DNA of 64,000 bases from Malacoraja senta. Taxonomy: Eukaryota. Position numbers and translations under genes: made by a program. The stretch covers positions 684,001 through 748,000 of the forward strand of contig CM076001.1 of NCBI GenBank assembly GCA_038087875.1, in the 5' to 3' direction. Position 1 is the first letter of the stretch; the number at the start of each line of letters is the position of its first letter. Positions 50,690 through 63,861 of the stretch are shown here, one piece after another. Below the pieces are notes generated by a model. That model saw only the letters and a list, made by a program, of their open reading frames with translations, was not told the origin of the DNA and did no database searches.

Positions 50690-51637
50690 TTAGTTTAAAT
50701 CCTCCCCAACAGCACTAGCAAACACTCCCCCAAGGACATTGGTTCCATTCCAGCCCAGGTGCAGACCGTCCTGTTTGTATTGGTCCCACCTCCCCCAGAA
50801 CTGGTTCCAATGCCCTAAAAATTTGAATCCCTCCCCCTTGCACCATTTTTCAAGCCACGTATTCATCTGCAATATCCTCCTATTTCTACTCTGACTAGCC
50901 CGTGGTACTGGTAGTAATCCAGAGATTATTACCTTTGAGGTCCTACTTTTAAGTTCATCTCCTAGCTCCCTAAATTCACCTTGTAGGACCTCATCCCTTT
51001 TTTTACCTATATCGTTGGTGCCAATATGCACCATGACAACTGGCTGTTCACCCTCCCCCTCCAGAATGTTCTGCAGCCGTTCAGTGACATCCCTGACCCT
51101 TGCACCAGGGAGGCAACATACCATCCTGGAGTCTCGTTTGCGGCCGCAGAAACGCCTATCTATTCCCCTTACAATGGAATCCCCTATTACTATTGCCCTT
51201 CCACTCTTTTTTCCCCCCTCCTATGCTGCAGAGCCACCCATGGTGTCATGAACTTGGCTGCTGCTGCCTTCCCCTGATGAGCCATCTCCCCCAACAGTAT
51301 CCAAAATGGTATACCTGTTTATCAGGGAGATGACCGCAGGGGACTCCTGCACTACCTGCCTACTGCTTTGCTGGCTATTGGCCACCCGTTCCCTTTCTGT
51401 CCTCTTACCTTTTACCTGCGGTGTGACCAACTCGCTGTACGTGCTATTCACGACTTTCTCAGCATCGTGGATGCTCCAGTATGAATCCAGCCGCAGCTCC
51501 AATCGTTCAATGCGGCCTACCTGGAGCTGCAGCTGGACACACTTCCTGCAAATGTAGTCACCAGGGACACCGACCATAGCCCTGATCTCCCACATGTTGC
51601 AGGCTGAGCAAACCACGGGGCCAATCTCCACTGACAT
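50690..51637 (-). pseudogene. CR1 ORF1 (zinc finger/coiled coil + SGNH esterase), frameshifted
   Basis: VVCSACNMW...YICRKCVQL; CLPGARVRD...VHIGTND...DGLHL. Confidence 0.9.
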
Positions 51638-51828
51638 AGCTTACTCCCAAATGAACTCTATATTATTTTTTTTATTTTTTTTTAAACTTTATCCTTTAAA
51701 CTGTACCTTTACTAATAAATACTGTACCCTTAACTCCCAGAATCCTTAACTCCCAGAACCCTTAACCTGAAAGCAGAAATGTAAAAATGTAAACCCGGGG
51801 TTGCACCCAATCAGCTGCTTCCTCTGGT

Positions 51829-52028
51829 GAGGTAACTCCTCCTCTCACCAACGGCTCCCCGGGCCCAGGTAACTCCTCCTCCTCTCACCAATGGCTCCCC
51901 GGGCCCAGGTAACTCCTCCTCTCACCAACGGCTCCCCGGGCCTCTGTAAAAGCAAGCCCCGCACTGGATTTTATACTCACAGCCCAGGTAACTCCTCCTC
52001 TCACCAACGGCTCCCCGGGCCTCTGTAA
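51829..52028 (-). repeat. Tandem repeats in the CR1 5' UTR
   Basis: Four copies of AGGTAACTCCTCCTCTCACCAACGGCTCCCCGGGCC. Confidence 0.9.
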
Positions 52029-52095
52029 AGGAAATGGGAGTAGGGGATGGAGTCCTTACAGGAAGCAGGGCGAGAAGAAGTGTAGTCCAGACAGC
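52029..52095 (-). mobile_element. Upstream remainder of the interrupted Penelope element
   Basis: Minus strand reads LDYTSSRPASCKDSIPYSHFL and joins RLRRIC on the other side of the CR1. Confidence 0.85.
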
Positions 52096-52851
52096 CATGC
52101 ACAAGGTGGTAATTGACATGGGTCTCCTGAGGTCAAGCTTGTTTTGTCTTTATACAGGGGCACTCAGCAGGTGAGTTATGGTGACGCCTGCATTCTGGAT
52201 AACCTGGACTCAGAGAGGGTAGCCAGTATCAGAGAAAGAGCATCCAGAAGATTTAGAAACCGACGGTCAGGACTCAAATGTAGAGAACCAGCAGGTACAA
52301 GAAGAGAAGGATGCTGATAAAGGCTCACAGAGGAATGATCTCAGCAACATCAGCAGCAGCATCTTCCAGCTGAAGAGAGGAGGGAGACAGTACGGATGGG
52401 CAACAAGGAATTATCATAAACCCATGCACACCAAATGATGCTCTGCACATTCTCCATGTTCACAGTGCATCAATTCTTTGATAACACATAATATTCCTCT
52501 GCATGCTACTTTGTAGGTCTTATTGCAGTGATTATAATAGAAAAACAAGAATTAATCCCAAATCTATTTTTTTGTATGGTTTGATATCAAGATATGAAAT
52601 GAGGAGGATGCACTGGGCGAGGCGGGGGCAAATATTTGAAGACAAGAACATCCAAGCTCATTCAGTGATGAGTAATCTCAAAGTGGGGTTCAATTTAAGC
52701 CATTACACCAATTGACTATTTCAAGATACATAATAAGGAAGAACTGGTGAAGCTTCCGAATTAAGGATCATGTTTCACTTGCTTGTAACAACTGGATGTG
52801 ATTGCCGCATTATTCTGCTCCCTCATCTATCTACATTACTTTTAAACACAT

Positions 52852-53197
52852 TCATAGAAAATAGGTGCAGGAGGAGGCCATTCAGCCCTTCGAGCCAGCA
52901 CCGCCATTCATTGCGATCATGGCTGATCGTCCCCAATCAATAACCTGTGCCTGCCTTCTCCCCATATCCCTTGATTCCACTAGCCCCTAGACCTCTATCT
53001 AACTCTCTCTTAAATCCATCCAGTGATTTGGCCTCCACTGCCCTCTGTGGCAGGGAATTCCACAAATTCATAACTCTCTGGGTGAAAACGTTTTTTCTCA
53101 CCTCAGTCTTAAATGGCCTCCCCTTTATTCTAAGACTGTGGCCCCTGGTTCTGGACTCGCCCAACATTGGGAACATTTTTCCTGCATCTAGCTTGTC
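52852..53197 (-). mobile_element. CR1 3' fragment
   Basis: KLDAGKMFPMLGESRTRGHSLRIKG...GYGEKAGTGY*. Confidence 0.9.
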
Positions 53198-53543
53198 TTT
53201 CAAATATTAACACCAATTAAGATCTTCCTTGAGTTGAAAAAAGGAACTACAGATGCTGGTTTACAAAAATAGACACAAAGTGCTGGAGTAACTCAGCGGG
53301 TCAGGCAGCACCCCTGGAGAACTTGGATAGATGACGTTTTGGATCGAGACCCTTCATCAGACTATATTAAATTGAAATGCACAGCACTATCTGTATTACC
53401 AGGTGAGGCATCACAGGATATGCAGCAATGCCACAGCAGCTGCCACACCAGCGTTAATATTCTTTGCACACTGAAATATTTTTTTCCCGTAATGAAAATG
53501 CACTCAAGCATTGTCAATGTCTTGTAAATTATTTATTTTATAA

Positions 53544-53637
53544 ACATAGAAACATGGAAAATAGTTGCAGTAGGAGGCCATTTGGCCCTTTGAGCCAGCA
53601 CCCCCATTCAATCTGATTATGGCTGATCATCCAAAAT
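53544..53637 (-). mobile_element. CR1 3' UTR/tail, separated from 63223-63795 by the DIRS insertion
   Basis: ...GGCTGATCATCCAAAAT rejoins CAGTACCCCG at 63224, as in intact CR1 copies in this window (e.g. 30870-30891). Confidence 0.88.
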
Positions 53638-54103
53638 AGTAAGATTAAATGAGAACTTACCAGTTTGAAGTTTGATCTTTATTTTATGAGGAGTTACGAT
53701 GAGGGATTACGTGAAGAAGAGCCCGTCCAGCAGCACACGCGTCAATCTTCAAAGCAGCGGTGTGAAATCACAGACAACAATTACTGAAGTATGATAGTAA
53801 GATACGTAAAGACTAGAACTACCAGCTCAATCTTTATGAGGGTTGGGAGCGGAGGGCACATAGTCCCTCATCGTAACTCCTCATAAAATAAAGATCAAAC
53901 TTCAAACTGGTAAGTTCCCATTTAATCTTACTATTTTACTTCGGAGTCACGTGAGTGACTACGTGAAGATTTCAAATCTCTGTGATTTCACGCCGTAGAT
54001 TCAAATCCAGGCGTCTCACTGCATTGATTGACTCTAAATAAGTAAAGCAATCAACAATGCATAACCACAACATGCATGCAACCAGTTAATGGTTAATTTA
54101 TCA

Positions 54104-54960
54104 TCACAATAGTAACCCCTTTATCACAAGGGGAAACTTAATACTGAATCCAAAACAGCACCACCAAATAACCACAGGTACTATAATCTCCTTATGGTAA
54201 TACTTGTGAAACATCCTTTCACTTTGTCCTGCGGCCGCGAGGATATATTCTATTGGAACATCCAAATCCTTGGCTGCCGATGTTGATGGTGCCCTGGTGG
54301 AATGAGATTTAAATTTGTCAGTATCCATACCTGCATCAAGCAACACCTGCTTCAGCCATCTTGAAATAGTCTGAACCGACACTTTCTTATGCAGTTATTT
54401 ATGGCTGATAAAGAATGCTGATACTGCACCTCTTAAGGTTCTGGTGGCTTCAATGTAACATCGTAAATGTGATACTACACATAGACGTGGATCCGTAGGA
54501 TATGCTGAAAACCCCAACTTACATCCTGTGATTCCAGGTCTACTCTATTTAAGCAAATCATAGACATAGAACATAATAGTATCTGTTGCTATTTCCATCA
54601 TGTCTATTCGTAGTTTCTGCAATGTTTGCACTCTCTGTGCTGAAACCAGTGCCCTGAGCATGACTACCTTCATGGTAATTTAGGCCAAGGACAGCGCTGC
54701 AATAGGAGTCCATTGACGAAAGAGCATTAACACATCTCTTACATTCCAGATTTCTGTATACCTGTGTCTAGGAGGCTTAGAATTGAAAATTCCCTTCATA
54801 AACCTACAGACCAAAAGGTGTGACCCTACAAGATTTTGTTCTGATTCCCTCCATAGATATGCAGAGAGGGCACTCCTTGCAGTATTGATAGCACTATAGC
54901 TTAACTGCCAATCAAAAATAAAGAGTTGACAGAAACTCTAACGTCTGAGATGTCTGCAGT
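54104..54960 (-). pseudogene. DIRS tyrosine recombinase remnant
   Basis: TISRWLKQVL..AG.D...FKSHSTR...AG.....F.KYY; upstream LVSAQRVQTL. Confidence 0.88.
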
Positions 54961-55099
54961 GTGATATGTAATATTCTGCCTTAAGCAAAATATATCCCAT
55001 TTCCTTATGTAAGAAATGTACTGCTTCTGGGTACTATCCCTCCAGGTTTCCGCAATAACATCTACAGTACGATCTGATAGACCCTCTTCCGAGATATGG

Positions 55100-56700
55100 C
55101 ACTCCTTAGAATCTGCAAATCAACAAATCAACAAACCAATACGATTATGTAAAGGATGTGAATCATCAGTTATAGGGTGCACAAACAGGTTAATTCTGTT
55201 TGGGAAAATTATAAGAGGCTTTGTGATCATTTTTAACACCAGAGGGTACCATGGTTGTGTAGGTCCAATCTGGTACCACCAATACTCCAGAAGCGGAGTC
55301 CTGTTTGATCTTCTGTATACACTGACTAAATGAGGCAAAATGGAGAAAATGTATACAAAAATCATTCTACCCCAATGCAGTGAGAAACATCCACCGCTAC
55401 TGCCCCAGGATCAGGTTCCCATGACACATATTTAAGTAAATGGTGGTTAAGTCTGGATGCAAACAAGTCAATCTATGGCATCCTCAACCGTGCAACAATA
55501 TTATTAAATTTGTCACGATCCAACACCCATTCTGTATTGTCATTGAATTTACGTGACCTTGAGTCTGCAACTATTTTGAGTCTACCTGGTAGGTAGATTG
55601 CCGAAACCAAATATTTCTGGTGAAAACACTAGGTCCAGATCACGTTAGCCAGTCTATCACAAGATTCTGACAATACCACTCAAATGATTAACATACGTTT
55701 CTATTCCGTTGTGTTGTCAATCTGTACCTAAACATGCAAACTTTGCATATTAGAGCAATAAGCTTTAGGCCCATAAAATGTTCCTAAAACTCTCATTAAA
55801 TGATCCCTTGTTATTGGATCAAAGGTACTTTCTCCACATTCCATCTACCTCCACAGCTGGAAATACATAAGTATCACCCCAACCTAGAGCACTAAAATGA
55901 GTCTGTAGAATAATGGAAGGTGTTTCAACGAGGATCTCTCTGAAAGCATTTAAGACACTCATGATCCACCATAGTATTCCAGTAATAACTGCAACTGGCA
56001 ATTACATGGGCCTGGCAAAATGCCCTGAATGTATTCTCAATGCCTGTACCTATGCTTGCTGTAAATGCTGATAATGCAGCGATCTATATTGTACAGCCGA
56101 AAATAAGCAAATAGTTTGCAAAGCAGGCTTGCTACCTGCCTAATTGAGGGTTGATGCTCGATAATGAGCTTAATACAACTTCCAATTAAATGCAGCCTTT
56201 ATCCTTGGGTGGAATCACTACCATGTGTTCTCATTTAATAATTAAACCCAAGTAATCAATTAGTTTGGATTTATCTGGATGGATAATGAATCCCAGCCTC
56301 TCCAAAGTGAGCTTGATTCTTGACACTCATGGTTCTGTTGTAGCCCGAGTGTTTCCTACAATCAGAATATATCAAAATAGGCCATTACCAAATGGCCCTG
56401 AGCTCTTTGTAGTGCTAAGATTGGTTCCAACAACCTGGCAAATAGTCTCAGAGCTGAGGCTAAACCTTAATACAATGCTTTAAATTGCCATAATTAACTA
56501 ATCCAGAATTTTTTTAAATATCTATGATTATTACCATATACAGCCACACAGTAATATGCATCTTAAGATCTATGCTAGCCATATAGCATTTTCTTGAAAT
56601 TGGCTGTATAGTATTGGAAAATGTCTCCAAAACTGTTTTTTATACTGTACAAAAAAGGGTTCATCGAGGTCTTTTACCCTTTTTTGGCTAGATTCTTTCC
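55100..56700 (-). pseudogene. DIRS RT / RNase H / methyltransferase-like remnants
   Basis: MASIDL..AYY (~56555-56585), GLASALRLF...GHLVMAYFD (~56365-56466), VQIDNTT (~55710), YLPGRLKIVAD, IDLFASRLN, PTQPWYP; many stops and frameshifts. Confidence 0.82.
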
Positions 56701-57132
56701 AAAAACAGATTTTAGGCATTAAATATTAGATGGTTTACAGAGCCCCACAAACTTAGGGTATATGTTAGGTCATAGCACTTTTATAAATACAGTTTATTTC
56801 AAAGTGCGCACTACACATGAGTGCTAAGTCAACCTTGTTGTGATACAGATACATGCTCTCCATCCAAACCTCTGGCCAAAGCCGTAATGCCTGACCAGCA
56901 ATTTCAACACCCTCTGTCATTTAAAAAAAAAAAATTCCACCGCTGAGACTGCTTGCAGTGCTCAATACTGCGGGTTTCATATTTTTTGACAGCTCATGCA
57001 TGGTCAGAACCTGGAGCTGCTGGGAGAGCAAGTAATTTATTGACATTGCTAATTTATCTCCCAATGGTTCCCCTGATAGTTTTGGAACCACAAATTTTAT
57101 ATATTGTGCCAAACCTGGTCCTTTAGGCTCTG

Positions 57133-57690
57133 TTATTGGGCTCTAGTCCTCATATGATTCGTCTCTGAATCTTTGCGTAAAATAATCCTCCTCATGGAGG
57201 GGGTGAATTGGCATCCTGCTTCAGGTGTTTCTAGCGCTGGCTCTCCCATAGGCCTACGCATAGTAAACCCTTTCCCAGGTGCTCGCCGTGCAGGCTCTCC
57301 TGTAGGCCCATGCATTGGCAGCCCTCTTTCAGGTGCTGCTGGCGCTGGCTCACCTGTAGGACAACGCTTAAACTGTCTTTCTCCAGACATAGTTGGCGCT
57401 GGCTCTCCTGTAGACCAACGCATAAAAATACCCTTATCCAGGCATTGCTCACGATGGCTCTCCTGTAGGCAAGCGCTGAGCCGGACCTTTCCAAGTAATC
57501 CCTGCGCTGGCTCTCCCTTAGGCCAACACTGAGCCGGACCTTCCAAAGCAGTCCATGTGCTGGCTCTCCTATAGGCCAACGCTAAGCACAGACCTTCCCC
57601 AGGCACTCCCTGTGCTGGCTCTCCTGTAGGCCAACGCTAAGCCGGACCTTCCCCAGGCATTCCCTGCGCTGGTTCTCCCAATGCGGACCC
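57133..57690 (-). repeat. ~60-bp coding-type tandem repeat in the DIRS gag-like region
   Basis: About 8 units of GCTGGCTCTCCTGTAGGCCAACG, translating as (P/S)TGEPA repeats. Confidence 0.8.
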
Positions 57691-57819
57691 GAAAAGATAA
57701 AATGTCTGCCTGAGTCGGGGATCCTCCGGTCTGACTCCTCAGAGTCTACTGGCCACCCGGCCTTTTGTCTCTTGCGCCCTAATGGTGCTACAACGGTATG
57801 TATATATATATATATTTTT

Positions 57820-60800
57820 AATATTATTTTATTTATTTTTTATTTATTTTTAATTTATTTTTTTAATTAGAAGTATTGTACAGTGCAGTGATCTCAACCA
57901 AACATAAAATTATACATTTCTTGTACCGCTTCTTATTTTAAACTTTAATAAGAAAAAAGATAGAGAGAGTTAGCAGAGATAGTGAGTGAGTGAGTGAAAG
58001 AGTGGTCCAGGGAAACCCGTAGGGACCTAAACCAAGAAAGAGTTAAACAAAAAAAACCAACAAGAAAGAGTTAAACAAAAAAAAACAAAAGAAGGAAAAA
58101 GAAAAAAAAGTAAGATAAGATAAGACAAGATAAAAGGGATGTACCTACTTCATATCTTTACTCACCCCTCACCAGGTCCTGAAACCATTTATTTTCAACA
58201 TTTTGTTGTACCCTATATTTGTAATAAGTCGATAAATGGAGACCAAATCTTTTGGAAATGGTCTGGTTTACCTGCTAAGAGGAATCTCATATCTCCTAGG
58301 TGTAACAGTTCCGACATATTAGAAATCCACATTTTTATCGTTGGTGTGGGAGCGTTTTTCCAGAATTTCAGTATACGTATTTTTGCCATTATTAAGCCGT
58401 AATTAAGGAAGCTCTTTTGAAACGAAGTCAGCTCCAAACTGGCTTCGATTGTTCCAAAAATGATCAGTTCTGCATTCGGTTTCAGTTTTATTTTAAATAA
58501 TTTTGTAAAAATTTCAAAGATTTCATTCCAAAATTTTTGAATTTTTATACAAAAAGCAAAAGAATGTGCTATATTTGCTTCTTGGGTTAGACATTTATCA
58601 CAGATGGAAGAGACATTTGGGTAAAATTTACTTATTTTAGCTTTTGAGTAGTATAGGCTATGTAAAGTTTTAAATTGAATTAGAATGTGTCTTACATTAA
58701 TCGAGCATTTATGCACATATAACAAGTGTTTATCCCAACTCTCTTTCGAGATTTTTATAGCTAGTTCTTGTTCCCAATCTCTTCTAATCCTATCAGATGA
58801 TGGTATTTCTATATTTAGGATGGTATTATACAAATATGATATTAAATTAGTTGATTCCGCCTTTATATTCATTGCATCGTCTAATAGGTCTGGAGACAAA
58901 TTTTGATATTCTTGTGTATATTTTTTCAAATAGTCATGGATTTGAAAGTATTTAAAATATTGATTACTTCTCAAATTGTATTTAAGTTGTAGTTGGTGAA
59001 ATGATAAAAAAATTCCATTATCATACATATCTCCAAACGTTTTAATTCCTAATCTGTCCCAGTATGTAAAAGATTTATCTATAATAGATGGTTTAAACGA
59101 CGGATTATTAACTATAGGTGAAAGAAGCAATAGATTTCTTAATTTTAAAGTTAATTTTATTTGTTTCCAAATTCTAATTGTACTATGAATAATTGGATTT
59201 TTACTATATATTGTATTCTTCAATTTTGTTGGTGAGAGAAGGATCGCTCCTATATTAAAAGGGGAACAATCCTCTCTCTCCATTACTATCCAATCCACCT
59301 GCTGGGCCGAGTTGTCCAACAGGTGAATCATATTTTTGATATTTGCTGCCCAATAATAATACAATAAATTAGGGAGTGTTAATCCGCCAAATTCTTTAGG
59401 TTTGCACAAATATCTTCTTTGAATTCTATGGGATTTATAGTCCCATATAAAATTTGTGATATCGGCATCCAGTTTAAAAAAAAAAAAATTGTTAAGTATA
59501 TCAGTATTGATTGGAATAGATATAAAATTTGTGGTAAAAAAATCATTTTTATAGCATTTATTCGGCCTATTAGAGACATCGGAAGAGTTTTCCAAAATTT
59601 AATCAGTTTGTTTAGTTTATTGAGTAAGGGCATATAGTTTGCATTAAATAAAGATTTATATTTTCTAGTAATTTCAATTCCCAAATATTTGAATTTTTCT
59701 GAAGCAATTTTAAAAGGGAATTTTAACAGGTGTGTTGAGTCTTGAGGTTTTATCGTCATAATTTCACTTTTATTGCAATTTATTCTATATCCTGAAAAGG
59801 ATCCAAATTCCTCTATTAGATTTAATATATTTGGTATACTGATTTGTGATTTTGTAATATATAATAGTACATCATCTGCATATAATGATATTTTATTATT
59901 TAAGTATTTTGTATTATAACTATGGACATTCGGATGTATTCTAATACTTTCCGCTAAAGGTTCTATTACAAGAGCAAATAGCAGAGGTGATAATGAAAAT
60001 CCCTGTCTATTTCCCCTTGATAATTGAAATTTCAGGGACAACATATTATTAGTTAATATTCTGGCAGTAGGCCTGTCATATAATAGTTTTACCCAAGCGA
60101 TAAAATTCTCTCCCATTTGAAATTTTTGCAATACTTTAACAAGGTAGTCCCATTCCACTTGATCGAATGCTTTTTCTGCATCCAATGAAATAATTGATAA
60201 GTCTTGTTCTTCAGTTTTATATGAGTGCATTATATTAAACAGACGTCTCAGATTATTGCATGAGTATCTCTTGGGTATAAACCCCGTTTGATCCGCATTT
60301 ATTAATTTACTAACATATTTACTTAATCTTCTAGCTAATGTTTTCGCTAATATTTTTTGATCTGTATTTAACAGCGCAATAGCTCTATAAGAACCCGGGT
60401 CTTCTAAATCTTTATCTTTTTTAGGTATAAGTGTAATCGTTGATTCCGCTAATGTTTCTGGAAGTGTTTGTTCTTTAAAAGCATATGTATACATTTTATG
60501 TAGCCATGGTGTAATTATCTCGTAGAATCTTTTATAAAATTCATTACTAAAACCTTCTGGTCCTGGTGTTTTTCCATTCTTTAATGAATTTATTGTTTCT
60601 TCTATTTCCTTAGTTGAGATTTGTGCTCCTAATTCCTCTTGTTCGATCAAATTAAGTTTTGGGAGATTACAGTTATCCAAGAACTCTATAACTTTAGTAC
60701 TCTGCTAACGCTTTAGATGTATATAAGTTTTGATAAAATTGAGCAAATCTTTTATTAACATCCTTAGGTAGTGTTAACAATTCCCCTTTATCTGATTTAA

Positions 60801-62872
60801 TCTTTAAAATCGTATGATCTTTTTCCCAATTTTTTAGTTGTCGTGCTAAAAGTTTGTGTGGTTTATCCCCAAATTCAAAATTTTCCTGTTTTGTAATTTG
60901 AAATAATCTTATAACATTTGCTGATAATATTTTATTTAATTTATATTTCAATATTGTTATTTTATTATGTTTATCTATAGTTAGCTCTTTATCTAAATCC
61001 AATTGTCTAATTCGTTCTTCTAACTGCCTTTGTTTATTCTTATTCTTTTTATTTAGAAAAGCTTGGTATGAGATTATAGATCCTCTGATAAATGCTTTAA
61101 AAGATTCCCACCCTGGGATATCATTAGTCTTGAAAAAAAGTTCCATCTGTTGTTTTAGATATATACCACCTTGTGGATCATTTAGGATTTGAGGATTAAA
61201 CCTCCAAAACGATTTATTATTAGGCATTCCTTCGAGTTTAAAAAAAAAAGTTAACAGGGAGTGATCAGAAATTGTACTGTTGTGATATTGTGGGTTCAAT
61301 GTATAGGGAATTAGTTTTGTATCCACTAGAAAATAGTCAATACGTGAATAGGTTTTGTGTACCATTGAATAAAACGAGTATTCCCTTCCAGCAGGGTTAG
61401 CGATCCTCCAGACATCTGTTATATTTGTATTTTTTATGTATGTATTTAGGATTTCCCTGGTTTTAGATTTTGTATTACCCCTGTTCTGTTGTGAAGATTT
61501 ATCCAGGTACGGATCTAAAACACAGTTAAAGTCTCCCCCAATTATCATGTTTTGATAATTGAACTCTGAAATTATATTCAGGATTTTATTAAAGAATTGG
61601 GGATTATCAAAATTAGGTGCATAAATATTTACCAAGGTGATTGGAGTAGCATGAATCTCTCCGGTAACTATAAGATATCTCCCTTCCTTATCTATTATGA
61701 TATTCTTTGATTTAAATAGTATATCTTTGCAAATAATAATTGCCATGCCTCTAGATTTAGAAATATATGAAGATTGATATGTTTGGCCTCTCCAAATTGC
61801 CTTCAATCTAGTCTGAGCTTGCAATTTCAAATGAGTTTCTTGTAGAAAAATTATGTCCGAATTGAGCAACTTCAATTGTGCAAAAATCTTACCCCTTTTA
61901 ATAGGTTCATTAGCACCCCTTATGTTCCAACTGCAGAATGTAATTCCTCCAAATTTCTTTTGTTTATCGTCTTGCATTTTAAATTATTTAATACCTTTGA
62001 ATCATATGGTGCAACCAATACCTCAGTTCTCTGGCTGTGGGGGGAGCATTTGCATTATTAAATTCAGTTGGTACATCCCTTTTAAAATTGTCCTTGAAAA
62101 AAAACAAAAAAAACATGTGAATTATTGTGACACAAAAAAAATTTTTTTTAAGTGAAGCTACAGTGTCTAAAAATGACGACACTGTAACCGATTATCCACC
62201 TAATGGTGGTAGTTACACATCTATTGACTTCCGTAGTTGTTAATCTACATTTAGCTCCGCCCCCTTGAATAATCTTGCAAAAAGGAGTTGGGGCCAATTC
62301 AAAGCCGAGTTATATATATCACCATTACCGTATATATATATATATATATAATTAAATCTTATCTAATCAAATCTTCAGCTTATCTACCATGTACCTATGT
62401 TAACAATTATTACATTTTCTTCCCCTTCAGTACTAATCAACTGCTGGTTGGAAGGGGTTAACCAGAGTCAGACTCCTGGCTATTTGCCAAGGTTCTGAAT
62501 CTCCTCACCTCCTCCCGAGCATAATTTGAACTGAAGCTTATTATATTATCTAAATTAGTTGTTTTTTTAGTCTGTTATTAATCTATTTCCTTATATTTAG
62601 CCCCCCCCTTCCCCTCCCCGGGGGGATCAATCAATATAATGGATTATTACATTTTACCATTTGAGCAATTCGCTTTTAATTCAATTACTATTACTGTTAA
62701 TATGTTAATTTCATTAGATTTAATTACTATTACTATGTTAATTCAGTAGTTTCTGTGTTAATATAGGATTAGTATAGGGTTAAAATTTTAAAAGCATTTA
62801 ATTCAGGAAATTTTATTTTCAAGTCCATCTGTATTACGTTCCCCATTCAGCCACGCCCTTGTTATTCCATCT
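57820..62872 (-). mobile_element. 5'-truncated L1-clade LINE nested in the DIRS 5' region
   Basis: A-rich tail at 57820-57865; TSD TACAACGGTATATTTTT (62873-62889; left copy 57789-57819 with TA expansion); ORF2 present, no ORF1 seen. Confidence 0.92.
58213..61977 (-). pseudogene. L1 ORF2 (APE-RT-C-terminal Cys domain) with two frameshifts
   Basis: SWNIRG, FLQETH, NIYAPN, GGDFN, SRIDYF, SDH; SLDAEKAFD, RQGFSLSPLLF, LYADD; CDKC...H...C. Confidence 0.95.
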
Positions 62873-63222
62873 TACAACGGTATATTTTTAACCGTATATA
62901 AAAGTCGATGGCCTTGCTGCCACCGACTCCTCAAAGGGCGCCCGCTACTCGCAGACCCGCGGTCTTTCTCGAGTTTACCTGCGGTACGCCTCTAACATCC
63001 TTTCTCCATTCTGACTTGTGTTGTTCCAACTACAAGTTCTCTGAAGAAAGCGACCTGAAAAACATAAGTAAACACTTACCTTCAGGCTTTTTATTTACCG
63101 GTTTGGAGGAGCTCTGCTCACTCCAAACACACGGTCGCTGCGCTATGCGTCTGACGATATGACGCGTGTGTGGCTGGACGGGCTCTTCTTCACGTAGTCA
63201 CTCACATGACTCCGAAGTAAAA

Positions 63223-63795
63223 TCAGTACCCCGTTTCTGCTTTTTCCCCATATCCTTTCGTTCCATTAGCCCTAAGAGCTAAATCTAACTCTCTCTTGAA
63301 AACATCCAGTGAATTGGCCTCCACTGCCTTCTGTGGCAGAGAATTCCACAGATTCACAACTCTCTGGGTGAAAAAGTTTTTCCTCATCTCAGTCCTAAAT
63401 GGCCTACCCTTTATTCTTAAGCTGTGACCCCTGGACTCTTCCAACATGGGGAACATTTTTCCTGCATCTAGCCTGTCCAATCAGTTAAGAATTTTATATG
63501 TTTCTATAAGCTCCCCTCTCATCCTTTTAAATTCCAGTGAATACAAGCCCAGTCGACCCATTCTTTCCTCATATTTCAGTCCCGCCATCCCAGGAATTAA
63601 CCGGGTGAACCTACGCTGCACTCCCTCAATAACAAGAATGTCCTTCCTCAAATTAGGAGACCAAAACTGCACACAATACTCCAAGTGTGGTCTCACCAGG
63701 ACCCTGTACAACTGCAGTAGGACCTCCTTCTAAACCCAAATCCTCTCACAATGAAGACCAACATGCCATTAGGTTTCTTCACTGCCTGCTGTGCC
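63223..63795 (-). mobile_element. CR1 3' ORF2 fragment (target of the DIRS insertion)
   Basis: YRVLVRPHLEYCVQFWSP...RGELIETYKI...GYGEKAETGY*. Confidence 0.92.
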
Positions 63796-63861
63796 TGCTG
63801 TGTATATTGCTAAAAAGCAATAACAAGTAATATATAAATAAGACACAAAAAGCTGAAGTAA

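Larger units (their letters stand above)
47618..52028 (-). mobile_element. Full-length CR1 LINE (~4.4 kb)
   Basis: 5' UTR with tandem repeats, ORF1, ORF2 and (TTTCTATG)n tail; flanked by AGGAAA duplication (47612-47617, 52029-52034). Confidence 0.95.
53633..63222 (-). mobile_element. DIRS1-like tyrosine-recombinase retrotransposon; termini complete, coding region decayed
   Basis: ITRs 53708-53744 / 63160-63195; ICR ~53865-53969 is an inverted copy of both extreme ends joined; TTTT at both sense termini; gag-like, RT, RNase H, MT and YR remnants. Confidence 0.93.

Noticed and set aside
56370..56410. Plus-strand LPNG motif suggesting an inversion within the DIRS RT
   Set aside because: The minus strand reads colinearly as RT (GLASA...GHLVMAYFD), so the plus-strand match is coincidental.
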